From contig NC_086381.1 in NCBI RefSeq assembly GCF_036588685.1, forward strand, positions 15,314,001 to 15,378,000: 64,000 nt of DNA, given 5' to 3'. This DNA is from Mytilus trossulus (taxonomy: Eukaryota). The position numbers and the translations under genes are program-made. The notes under the pieces were generated by a model, which worked only from the letters and a program-made list of their open reading frames with translations, was not told the DNA's origin and made no database searches. Below, in pieces: positions 1 to 11,420 of this stretch (its first letter is position 1; every line of letters begins with the position of its first letter).

Positions 1-325
1 TACTGCCACAACATCTCACCTGTTAGTTATAAAGCACTTGCGGCAGCACGATCTGTTCGTGAAATGTCCTAAATATTCACCTATTTTGGTATATATTTCA
101 CAGCTGGATGGCTTTAGGCGCGATAAAACCCCGTTCGCATCTCTAACTTTGTTTTATTAGTATCATGTATTTCTGAACATATACATTTTAACTAATTTTC
201 TTCATTTTCTTCAAAAATTTAAAAAGGTTCGTCTGTTTATTTATCATTCTACATTAGACATTTATGACATATACAGTAAAAATGATATTTTAGGATCCGC
301 ACTTTACATACACTGCTTATTATAA

Positions 326-387
326 TCAGGAAAAAAATTTCCTATATACCTTATTATAATAAGGTATATAGGAATTTTTTTTTCTGA
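326..387. repeat. ~60-bp near-perfect palindrome
   Basis: tcagg-aaaaaaatttcctatatacc-ttattataataa-ggtatataggaattttttttt-ctga folds back on itself around ttattataataa (351-362). Confidence 0.7.
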
Positions 388-1222
388 GACAAGTGTCACA
401 AGTGCCTGTGCGTGAACACTTGAAAACGCGTGATCTTAATAATTATGTTTAATTAAATTTAAGATGTAACATTTTTTAATATTGTAAATGAATGCATTCA
501 TTTAACTTTTAATGTTGGCTATATAAATTGCATTTGAGTGAGGCAGGGACAAAAATATATATATAACTAGAATCTATGTCTTTTCTCGTTTTCCGTTTAC
601 TGTCATGTCATGGACATTTTCCGACGATAATTAATCAAATCTGACAAGTTTGATTAAAAACGGAAAATACGCCCGTAAACGATTTAACGTTACCGTACCC
701 TCTTTACTTGTCGCATGTCGGCATCTTCAAATGGCAAATTTATTTTACACAAATTCGTTGACATGCCATGATGGTAGATGGACACTACAGCACAATATAA
801 GCTGAGCTGGAAATTACAATTGGTGAGTAGAAATGAATAATATTTTAAAACATGCCTATCAGACATGAGAATAATCATTGATCCGGCCAAGAGTTTGAAG
901 GAAAGATGTTTACATTTGTGCATACAGGTATGAATTGACTTTCTAATACACCACATTCTTGTACAGTAACTTGTTCAAAGGCAAAGTAAGAATTTGGGCT
1001 TGTAAAAAAAATTATTCCTGTGATTGGACCCCCCCCCCCCTTTTGGAAGATCAATGCAAGATTTGAAAAAGGTACATATAAACTATGGTTTAAATCCTCC
1101 CTTTTAAAAAGGGCTGGATACACACCTGTTTATTGCCTAAACCATTGTGTGTATTCACAATGGTTTGGTTGTGGGGGGGAGGGGGGCCTATTACCAGACC
1201 TAACCCCCTGATGGAGTAACCC

Positions 1223-1354
1223 TAGTCCAAATAATTATGACGTCTGGCAAGGCTATTTTATTTTTTTTCTGGGACGCCTTCCTAGGACGTTGTAGGAAGG
1301 CGTCCCAGAATTTTTTTTAAATAGCCTTGCCAAACGTCATAATTATTTGGACTA
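1223..1354. mobile_element. 132-bp palindromic MITE, TAG..CTA ends, 9-bp TSD
   Basis: Arms tagtccaaataattatgacgtctggcaaggctattt..ttctgggacgccttccta and taggaaggcgtcccagaa..aaatagccttgccaaacgtcataattatttggacta. The direct repeat GAGTAACCC sits at 1214-1222 and 1355-1363. Confidence 0.85.
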
Positions 1355-1751
1355 GAGTAACCCTACATATTCATATTTATTGTATGTTTAATAATGTATT
1401 GATAACTGTCACGTCCTAAAATTTGCATGAAATATCTGTCACTGGATTTTTTTATAACTCATAACCAATCAATCTTCACATGTATGTTATAATGATGATG
1501 CACCTATTTATATAGCCACTGGTGGGTGATGTACAATAATTATAATTTATCACATATTTGTTATGAATACCTTCAAGGCTTGGGTTTGCATATGCAATAA
1601 CTTCTAAATTGCCGGGGGCAAAAAAAAAGAGTATATTGATATTGTGCCCTGATTCCAAATGATGTGACAGCATTGCGTCCTTAACGACAATTTTTTACAC
1701 TTTTGTGATAAGAAATTTAAGATAATTTTCCAGGCATGTTTCATTAAATTG

Positions 1752-1883
1752 CAGGTGCGGATCCAGAGGGGGGTTCCAGGGGTTGGAACCCTTTCTCTTT
1801 TTGAGGATCAATGCATTTGAATTGGGACATGTAATTGGAACCCCCCTTTGTCCTGGTTTTCAAAATGGCTGGACTCGCCCCTG
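1752..1883. mobile_element. small GC-ended MITE-like element (CAGGTGCGGATCCAG...CTGGACTCGCCCCTG)
   Basis: Imperfect terminal inverted repeats with G/C runs. Similar degenerate copies occur near 1020-1128 and 13038-13181. Confidence 0.5.
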
Positions 1884-2078
1884 AATTGTTATCAATGATT
1901 TGTTTTGCTCTAAATTTTGTAGAACTTAAATATAACATGTTATTATATATGCATACCATTGCTTTGTCATGTATGTAGTAATATTCTACAAATTCTATTT
2001 TGAAATAAAAAAGTATTATTAAAAGAATCTGTTGAATTATTATTACTACAAATATCACAAATCAAATACATGTAGTTA

Positions 2079-2282
2079 CTGTAAATTCAGAAATTATTGC
2101 TTGCAGATTATTGTGAATTTTTCACTTTAGACTTAAATGCGATTTTAATTTTTATGATTTTGTGAAAAATCCTGTTTAATTCATATAAAATATCACAAAA
2201 TGTGCGTTTAAATTATTGCGTTTACAACTCAGTTGCATTTTTCGCAATAATAAAAACCTCACATTAATTTCTGAATTGACAG
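2079..2282. mobile_element. MITE with TA target-site duplication (Tc1/mariner-type)
   Basis: TA|ctgtaaattcagaaatta ... taatttctgaattgacag|TA. Confidence 0.75.
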
Positions 2283-2989
2283 TAGTGTATAAAATAGTAT
2301 TAATGCTATTGATTTATTTAATTTTATACATGTTATAGAAGTCGCATGTAATACAAGTTATAAATACTTAATTCTTAATGTAAATTTTTTTTGTAGATAA
2401 GATATCACATTGGTTTGAGCATGATTCCCAGCAAGATTATGAAGGGGCATATATATCATATATACATAGGAAATATATAGTGTCACTAAATTACTCTCAT
2501 ACGGTACCTCACCTCTGTAGCTGTAAATTGCGAAACGGTGGATTCATTCATAAATCTCTTTTAGTTTATCTATATATATATATATTTTAAATTCAAAAAT
2601 TTAATTTAAGTGCACATTTCTTTATGTGTATGCATATTTCTTCTATTAATATGTAAATGCTTATAAACAAACTGCAGTAAAACTCTAAGGTGCTAATCAT
2701 ATTCCTGCAATTGTCAAAAAAATATAATTATATACATAAATATCTAGTAATTGGTTGCTGTGTGTACATGGGAGAAAAATACCCTTATATCTAATCAGTT
2801 GGGGCTGCATATCATTTGTATGCAACTCAAAACACCATATCTGTTTAAAGGGGAATAATCCTTACAGAAATTGATTGATTGTCTCCCATATTACTTTCTA
2901 TTCCATGTGCATGCAATAACTGTTCAGAGTTCTATTGTCATGTATTTCATTTTATTATTTCATTGTTATAACAAATCATTGTAATCATT

Positions 2990-3060
2990 GTATGAAATTT
3001 AAAACCCGCAAGGGTCCATAATTGGATTAATAAAGTATTCTTATTCTTATTCTTATTCTT
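2990..3060 (+). mobile_element. probable 3' tail of a non-LTR retroelement: AATAAA plus (TATTCT)4
   Basis: ttaataaag is followed by tattct x4 and abuts the nAChR-like reading frame. The 5' extent is not defined. Confidence 0.4.
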
Positions 3061-3954
3061 ATACACGATGTGTGGGTTCCAAAAATAGTAATCGGTAACA
3101 CGGTTGGTTACCATTCATTATATAAAATGGACAATTATTTTGACAGTAAAATGACGTATGTGACATTCACAAACGATGGATCAGCCTTTTTTGAAAGTTC
3201 CGGTGTTTGGCAGACGATATGTAACGTTGACGTCACGGATTTCCCTTTTGATGTCCACGAATGTGATATACTGCTGAAAGCAATGCATCCGTCCATGGAT
3301 GTTAAACTGATGTCAATTACTGATTACGTTCACACTAATTCCACATTAATGCATAGCGAGTTTAAAATACAGAATACTTATATAAAAACAGGACAACTAA
3401 ATGCAAATGACACTTGGTCCATGCTAGCCTATACAATCAATTTAGGTCGAAGACCGCTTTTCATGACGATGAACCTTGTGGTCCCAGTTTTTCTCATAAG
3501 TTTTGCAAATGTTTTTGTTTTTCTTCTACCATTGGATTCTCCTGATCGAGTTGGATATGCTGTTACAATGGTCCTCACCTTCACGGTCTTTATGACTATG
3601 GTCTCTGAACTACTTCCGGCTACGGACCCATTATCAAATTTCAACATACTGTTACTACTACAATTAGCTTTCAGTACTGTCGTTACTTTGGGTGTGTTGT
3701 TAGTCCATTTCATTTACAACAAAAATCCTTCAGACAACGTTCCGCATTGTCTACGATACGTATGCTTACGAAAAACAAACCAACAAGAGGATCCTATCTG
3801 CATAAAAGGTAAAGAAAAACCGTATCCATGGAGTGATTGTGACAGCAGAAGTTGGAAACACGTGGCAGGAATAATTAACAAATGCATTTTGTTCGTGTCA
3901 ATTGTCATCATTACAATCGAGATCATTGTTTTCTATAGCTTAATTTGCACATGA
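3061..3954 (+). pseudogene. intronless, 5'-truncated nicotinic acetylcholine receptor-like Cys-loop channel subunit (non-alpha); could instead be the last exon of a gene starting outside the window
   Basis: WVPKIVIGN (WxPD-like), Cys-loop CNVDVTDFPFDVHEC, pre-M1 RRPLF, M1-M3 (M2 DRVGYAVTMVLTFTVFMTMVSE), and M4 after WKHVAGIINK. There is no vicinal CC in loop C and no signal peptide or N-terminal part of the ligand-binding domain. An in-frame TAA lies at 3031-3033 and no convincing splice acceptor precedes the frame. AATAAA follows at 3956. Confidence 0.75.
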
Positions 3955-5703
3955 GAATAAAAGCTTATAAACATTATGTTTATTGACTTGATGAACCGAT
4001 AAATCGGAATCTCTGCGCCGCATTCTGTCATTTGTAATTTACATTTGCTGTATTCCAATTTCCGTATAATTTTCTTGTTTGCGCATGGTACGTTTCTAAT
4101 TTGCCACTGTTTTTTTTCTAAATAATTAAAGATCGTTTTTAAACTGGTTATTTCCTGTTTTTGTTTTTGTTTTGGTGCATTTGATTTGGTTCTATAAAAA
4201 AGATTTAGTGTGTACAACAAATTTAATATTCAAGACTTTTCGGCGTACTGGACAGTTACAAAAGACGTTTGGTAGGGGACAATGTGGCTCCCCCCCCCCC
4301 CCCCCCGAACGTTTGTAATTCATTAAGGTTTTATGTTCACAAAAAATACAAGAACTATTTACAAAAACGCTTTTCAAATTATTCAGCTATAAATTAAAAT
4401 TTTATATTACTCGAAAGTCCTGTATATTAGCTTCTGTTGAAAAAAGAAAAGTTAAACGATATATATAGTTTCCAATATGAAAATAAAACATATGCTTTTA
4501 AAAAAGAATCAACTATTTTTTGTTACGAATAGTCGCACAAATAACAAGGTATATGATTTCCAATGACACGGCTATTCACTGGAGACCAAATAACGTTAAA
4601 GTAAGCAACTATAGGCCACACACATTCCATCAGTAAACAGATAATATACGAGACAGAGAAATTTTAAGATATTTTCCAACATTACACCTATCAAAACTGA
4701 AACATTTCAGCAAGACCAAATCTTAAGAGGGCGAGCAAATGAGCATATCTCGTGGTTAAACTATGATTTTTAATACTCAACAACTCATTCTCAGTCTGGC
4801 ATACAACAACATAAACATAGAAAAAAATACTTGGTTGTATTGATCATTAGTCCTTCGGATTCTGATTTCCATTCTCTTTTGTAAGGTATACGTATGACCT
4901 GTTTACACCTTTGAGAACCTGCTTTGGTGACTGTTGGTACAAGTATAAATAGTTACTTTTTCATAGGTTGCACAATGCCATGTTTTCTCTGACTGTTAAT
5001 GAAGTGTTGTAGTGTTACACATCTGTCCCAGGTTAAAGGGATGGTTTGGCACAAGAAAAAGATGTTATCACTTTGGTGGATAGTTGTCTCATTGGCAATC
5101 ATACCATATTTCCGCATCTTTATATTAACCCTGCTACAGTATGAATGTGCCTGTAACAAGCCATGTAATTTAGTTGCTGTTCTTTGTTGCTGTTTTTATA
5201 TTTTTTCAATCATTTTTGTCCATAAATCAGGCCGTTAGATGTCTCGTTTGATTGCTTTTGATAAATGTCCTTTCGGGGTCTTTTAAAACTGACCATGTGG
5301 TATGGGTTTTACTCCATGCTGAAGACCATACGGTGACCTGTTGTTGCAAACTTCTATGTTCTATCGTTTTTGATAAAGAGTTGGTTGTCTCATTTGTAAT
5401 CAATCGATCTAGATCTTATTCAGTATCATTTCTGAAAACATATTGAAAGTACATAATACGGCGACAAAAATAATTATAACACTGTCTGAACGGTTTCTAA
5501 CATAATATTAAACGAAATAAGTTATGCCATCAAATATTGAATGATGTGCTTCAGATTTTATTACAAAACACACACAAAAACGAACGTAGTCAACATTACA
5601 GATAAATCGATATACACATGTAATAATAAAAATAATTTGTTTTGGAATATCAAATTCGTATGAGTATCAATGTTTTACAAGGTGTGCTAAAGTGAATTTC
5701 TGT

Positions 5704-8495
5704 TCAAAGATACACATTATTAATCAGTATCTGGATGACAAGTATGTAAATTAAACACCAAGAGAAATTTTGGACGTGGTAGGAAGTTGCATGGTTAAAG
5801 TTGTCGGTAGCAGAATATCCTGATGCAGGAGAAATAGCTATGTCGGCGCATCCATAAAACTGTTCCTGGGGACCGCATCCAATACAACAGTTGTTATCTT
5901 TATCACAGCCGTACGAATTACCTGTAATAATAATAAAAAATAATATGTCAGATGCCCATAAACTAAATTTATTGAAATAAGAATGTAATTGAGATGTTTC
6001 GAGGGACCTGGATGGCTGAGTTCGGAAAACTTATTATTTTAGTTAATTTTCTAAATCCAAGGACTATAACTCTGCATAAACTCATCAGACCGGAACAACA
6101 TTCGAACTTGATCTGTCAATTGTCATGATGAAACAAATTAACAATACTTCAAAAATCAAATCAATATCTTCAAGAAGAAAAATGGTGTCGAAAACTGATT
6201 TGCCGGACTGAAGGTTGGACAGACAAGACAGACAGTCACAGACAGACCGACAGACAGACAGACAGACGGACGGAGTGCAAACAAGTTAAGTCGCTTTAGA
6301 TTTCGTCGGTAGACTGGGGGACTAATAATCTAGCCTATTGGAAACTGAAAATGAATAATCTTTTCAAACACTGAATGAAAATGAATACTCTGCAATGCTA
6401 TGGAATACAACCATTTGCAGCACATACTTTGTGTAGAAATAAGGAAAATTACCAAAGATGTAAATTAACCCCCCCCCCCCCCCCCCCTCCCCCCGAAATG
6501 TCTATCCTGTTGAATTGTGAATGAGATAATACTGCTAGTAAATGTAAAAATATATTGAAATACAAATTGTATGCACTATTTTAGTGGAGATATTGACATG
6601 ACATTTTTCATTTCAAAATATCTGCAATGTCACGTGATAATGACTTTGTAATATACGTTTTACCTGTATTCCATATCCATTGTAGCACACATTGTGTACA
6701 TGATACATCTCGAGGAAGAACAAGTGTTACTGCATATGTCCCAACAGCGCCAGGCTCATCAAATTTTGTTTGCCCGTTTGGTTGCTGGAGTATATGTGCA
6801 TCAAAGCATGATTGAGTGGCGCGGACACTCGGGTTATTAACAGGACAAATACGAAATTCGTGAAAACCTTTATGAGAAGCTGTTATTTCTAGTTTCACTT
6901 CCATTGTGTTTCCGGCACTATAATTTCCTGCTATAGTGCCAGTCGCATATTTTCCTCCAGCCTCGTTCTCACGTTTTTCGTCCCAGGGATCACCACATAG
7001 TCCACACTTTCCTTTGTTTAAAGTCCATTGTTTCTGAAAGTACCATTTTATGTAAATTTATACGTTAAACTTTTGCTTAAATTACAATGCAGTTGGTTCA
7101 TTTAAAATTGTTATAAAGACCGCCAAATGTTTTGGCTCTATTCATCTCATACGGTAATATCCTTCCGAATTATTTAAGATACTGTGTTTCTTGGTTGCCA
7201 AATTTTGTATTACAGTTTTAGTACTTAACAGCCGAAACTCGGACATTTTATTGAAACATTTACTATAATAGGGGTTGGTATCTAAAAAACTTCATTTAAC
7301 CTAGTATTTATTTTAAAAGGCTGTTTCAAAGTAAAAAAATACTACAGTTGTTTTCCATTCGGGTCTTTGGATGATACAGTCTAACGTTTGATTGTGGCAG
7401 GGTTTATAGACCTCCCCCTTTTTGAATTAACCTCTGAATCGATATTTTTATTAATATTTATTTGCATTCATTAACGACTTATAGAGCCAACAAGTTATTT
7501 AGGCTAACGATATTCTGCATTAAAATGAAATATCGCGGGAAATACCCAAATATCAAGATACGTTTTTATCTGTAAACGTTTCGAGCTACCGAAGAGAGAC
7601 ACAGGGATAGATAACTGATGTCGTGTTGTCGTCGTCCGCGTCAAAATTTGCTTTAAAAATTAATTCATAAAAGTCATAGATTTATTAATATGTTCACAAG
7701 GCCTTGGTTGTTACACATTTGAAGTTAATTCCGAAAATTATCGATTTAATTATAAAAAAAAACAAAATATTATACATGTAGCTTTAAGACTTTATGAAGA
7801 TGACATCAAATCTTTGGCTTGCATGACTTATTTAGATTCTATTTGCCCAACTATGGAAACATAAACAAAAACAAATAAAAAATTGTGTTTCGATGTTCTT
7901 CATTGGGTTTTGTAACACATAATTCTAATTTCATATTCAGAAATAATCTATTAATCGAAACATATTACTACATAAATTATTCAAACAAAGAAAATAAATC
8001 TTAACGTACAAGTGAAACTCGACTTAAAATCCAGTATAACGATGACTTATTATTTTTTACACTACAGGCAACACCTCACAGTTACAAACCTTAAACACAA
8101 AAGTTAGTATCTATAGGTTTATATACCGTGGCAGGGAGGATTTTGAGAAAGATTGACAATGCTAACATTGACGTGTGTTTGGTGTTTCAAACAGTGAATT
8201 TTGGCTTTGCCAAATTTTACGTCGCTATAAAACTACAGAAAGAATCACTGAATAACAAAAATTAAATGCTAAATTAAAAAAAATGAAATATAGAATAGAC
8301 AACCAGAGATATATCAAGTATACATACGTAAAAGCCGCCACATGAAACTTGGTTGTCGTTATAATTCTTAGGAGTGTTATATCCAAGCCGCCACATGGTG
8401 GATCTACCGGGAGGTAAAATAAGTCTTCCATGCCCATAAGTACAGGCAAATAACGATGCTAGAGTAAAAATTGTGATCATCATTCTGCTCCACAT
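5704..8495 (-). CDS. LPMO1: AA15-family lytic polysaccharide monooxygenase (chitin-binding type-4 fold), ~251 aa, with hydrophobic C-terminal tail; exons 8495-8328, 7033-6664, 5921-5704
   Basis: GT-AG introns in phases 0 and 1. Signal peptide MWSRMMITIFTLASLFACTYG, then His1 (HGRLILPPGRSTMWR), CGGF, GKCGLCGDPW, EAGGKY, TASHKGFHEFRIC, CVLQWIWNTGN and CGPQEQFYGCADI. Ends FSWCLIYILVIQILINNVYL*. Minus-strand AATAAA at 5557-5562. Confidence 0.92.
5978..6328 (-). mobile_element. Helentron/HINE-like non-autonomous element with (GACA)n microsatellite, in the last intron of LPMO1
   Basis: Core ataactct..gaacttgatctg, a gaca/gacg microsatellite at ~6215-6273, and the end ggggactaataa. This layout is typical of bivalve HINEs. 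Boundaries are approximate. Confidence 0.55.
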
Positions 8496-9825
8496 AAACT
8501 GCATATGAAAAAACAAAATAGAAGATAACTTATGTATTTGAAATAGATTTAAGTGGGGCTCAAACACTGAGTTTAACTGAAATAGTAAATTATTCAACTT
8601 GAACATGACTACATCGGTATGGTTATGGTATTTTCTTTTCCTTAAATTACACGCACTATCTTGTTCATAAAAAAATAATAATTTCATACAATGAAAGGGA
8701 TATGACAAAGGAATAAAGCAAATGATACAAGCAAACAACATCCCCACTGTCAAACAAAAATTGTTAAGCTTATGAATTGTATACCATTTTTTAATGGACA
8801 AGTCATTTCCACGGGTGTCATTCTGTTTATCGAGAGAAATGAGCGTGAAAGAATATCTAACGGCGGTCAAGTATTGAGCGACGATCGTGAAAGTTCTGGT
8901 AACAGATCGTGAAAGACATTTAATCGAGAAGAAATATAAAAGGTCAATACATATTATAATTTTATTAATTACACAGACAAATTTACGACAAAATAAAACT
9001 GTCTGTCAAAATGGTTCAACATTATGATTAGTATGTGAGAATATCGAGTTTTAAAAGTACATAGTTATTACAAAACAACAAAAGGCAGATTGCTTCTCGA
9101 CATTTCAATGACATAAAAAATGTAAACAAACATGATTTTTTTCACGAATTCGACTAGAAAACCTAGTTTAATACGAATAAGGGCATTCTATTTGAATTAA
9201 TCAAATGGTTCTCATAGTTATTTTGCATAAACATAATCTGAAACTTGGTAAATAAAGAACTATTTACACAAAAATGGATTTTTTGGATCGTGAAAGATCA
9301 CGTACCGTATTTTTGAAGATCGTGAAAAGGATCGCGAAAGATCCGATGCTACGAAGACGTTCAAATTATTCTTCAATTATATCATAGTTAATATTTGTTA
9401 TTGGTATTGAGAAAAGCTATATAGTTCAACATCCTCAATAGGTTTAGCTTTTCAAAGTATAAATATTTTCAGAAAATGAAATGTAAAATAGTTGGATGAT
9501 TGTAGGATGAAGCTTTTTATTGTCATGTGAAGTACTCACTTATCACGAGTTATAGGATACCCACATTTGGTATATTGGATCCTATAAACTACATGTCCGC
9601 CAGACAGGATTCACCTGACCCCGAATTTGCCTTATTTCATGGATGAAGATTCATTTTTGTGGTCAAGTCCGTATCGCGGATTCGTTAAGCTTTAGGATAA
9701 GTGTCTGTTGTTATGATTGTGAGGTGTACATTTTCGACTTCTGCAAGGTTTCAACTGAAATTGAACCCATTGTCATACATCATTCGTCAATGCTCGTTTT
9801 ATGTTGTCTAGCCTTTGGATATATA

Positions 9826-10675
9826 CAGTGGAGATCACTTCTAACCTCTCATTAAATCTGTCAGGAGAACTGTTCTAGAACAGTACGTAGAACTGTCAGC
9901 CTGACACCTTTTAGTCAGTTCTAGGTTAGAACTGTTCTAACTAGAACTGATTTGGTCAGCTCTACTTAGAACTGATTTGGACAGTTCTACCTAGAACTGA
10001 TCCTGACAGTTCTACTCTAGAACAGTTTTTATAAATTCTACGGCCAGAATTAATTTATAAATTCTACGGCTACATTGATTTATAAATTCTACAGCTAGAC
10101 ATGCTAGAGTTGATTTATAAGTTTTAAGAACTTAATATAAAGGCTTGGGTAAAATATAACTCGAATAATTCAAGCCCTTACCGTCTCCGATTCTCCCCAC
10201 CTTTCGATGAGTTGGATAATCTTCCATCGACTTAGATATTTGTACATGTAAAGTTATATCTATTCATTAAAAAATATAGAAAATCTGATATTAGATAGCA
10301 AAGTAATTGGAAGTGATTTATTTCTTCTAAATTCTAAAGTGCCCTTACTGCAGTTACGTCATTTAGAACTGTTCTACAGTCCTGCCTGATTTAGTCAGTT
10401 CTGCTGACTGTTCTACGCTTAGAACTGATTTGGACAGTTCAACCTAGAACTGATTTAGACAGTTCTACCCTAGAACTGGTCCTGACAGTTCTACCTAGAA
10501 CTGATTTAGTCAGTTCTGCCTAGAACTGATTCTGACAGTTCTACTTAGAACAGTTCTACTTAGAACAGTTCTAGGGTAGAACTGTTCTAGGTAGAACTGT
10601 TCTGGGACAGGCTAGAATAGTTTTATGACAGATATTCTGACAGTTCTTATGAGAGATTAGAAGTGATCTCTACTG
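9826..10675. mobile_element. 850-bp MITE with TA TSD carrying arrays of short CTAGAACTG/CAGTTCTA repeats, nested in the Transib-like element
   Basis: TA|cagtggagatcacttctaacctctcat ... atgagagattagaagtgatctctactg|TA (27-bp TIR, 2 mismatches). Internal units such as tagaactgatttggacagttctacc occur at ~9865-10030 and 10360-10620. Confidence 0.85.
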
Positions 10676-11009
10676 TACCTGTATGCTATAGCGCCATGGT
10701 ATTTCGTGTAAAGTGTACATGTCTGTTTGCATGTTTCATAAATGACCATAATGACGTCAAATGTATTTGATATATTGAATGATAGTAAGATGTCTATGTC
10801 TCGCTGTCGGTCAGGGTTCATATACTTTTGACCTTATGTTTCGAATTAATTGGCCAAGCATAACTTTTATATTTGTCAGTTTCTAAAGCGCTGTAAGGAT
10901 CGGAACACATTTATTTGGTCTACGGGATATTTGCAGAGATCTGTATGTCACGGTTCATCTGACCTTGCACTCTTTTTATTAACCATTGACAATAATAATT
11001 TTAAAAAAA

Positions 11010-11420
11010 ATGTGAAAGAGACAACTATCCACAAGAGACCAATGTGACACAGACATTAACAACTATAGGTCACCGTACGGCCTTCAACAATGAGCAAAGC
11101 CCATACCGCATAGTCAGCTATAAAAGCCCCCCATAGTGACAATGTAAAACAATTCAAACGGGAAAACTAACGGCCTTATTTGTATACAAAAAAATGAACG
11201 AAAACCAAATATGTAACGCATAGATAACAATCAACAACCACTGAATTGCAGGCGCCTGACTTTGGACAGGCACATACATTAACAATGTGGCGGGGTTAGA
11301 CACGTTAGCGGGATCCCAACCCTCCCCTGAATCTGGGACAGTGGTATAACTGTACAACATAAGAACGAACTATAAAAATAAATGAAAAAGGCTTAATTCA
11401 TCAGATGGACAAAAATACAT
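11010..11420 (-). repeat. copy of a very abundant interspersed repeat family (core gagagttgtctcattggcaatcataccacatct / ttgaaggccgtacggtgacctatagttg)
   Basis: Other recognisable copies lie near 4550, 5075-5400, 12540-12690, 19200-19270, 39025-39215, 41440-41680, 51221-51380, 53340-53460, 53905-54175, 62860-63000 and 63530-63700. Confidence 0.75.

Noticed and set aside
690-2460. Short ORFs and scattered splice-like signals that might encode the missing nAChR N-terminus
   Set aside because: I could not assemble a signal peptide or recognisable ligand-binding-domain motifs in any frame, and the region is rich in MITEs.
8274-8870. 198-aa ORF read as one protein
   Set aside because: Only 8495-8328 is LPMO1 coding exon. 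The rest is intron read-through and starts inside the transposon TIR.
9865-10620. Regularly spaced palindromic repeats resembling a CRISPR array
   Set aside because: There are no unique spacers of CRISPR length and no cas genes, the context is eukaryotic, and the array is enclosed by MITE TIRs with a TA TSD.
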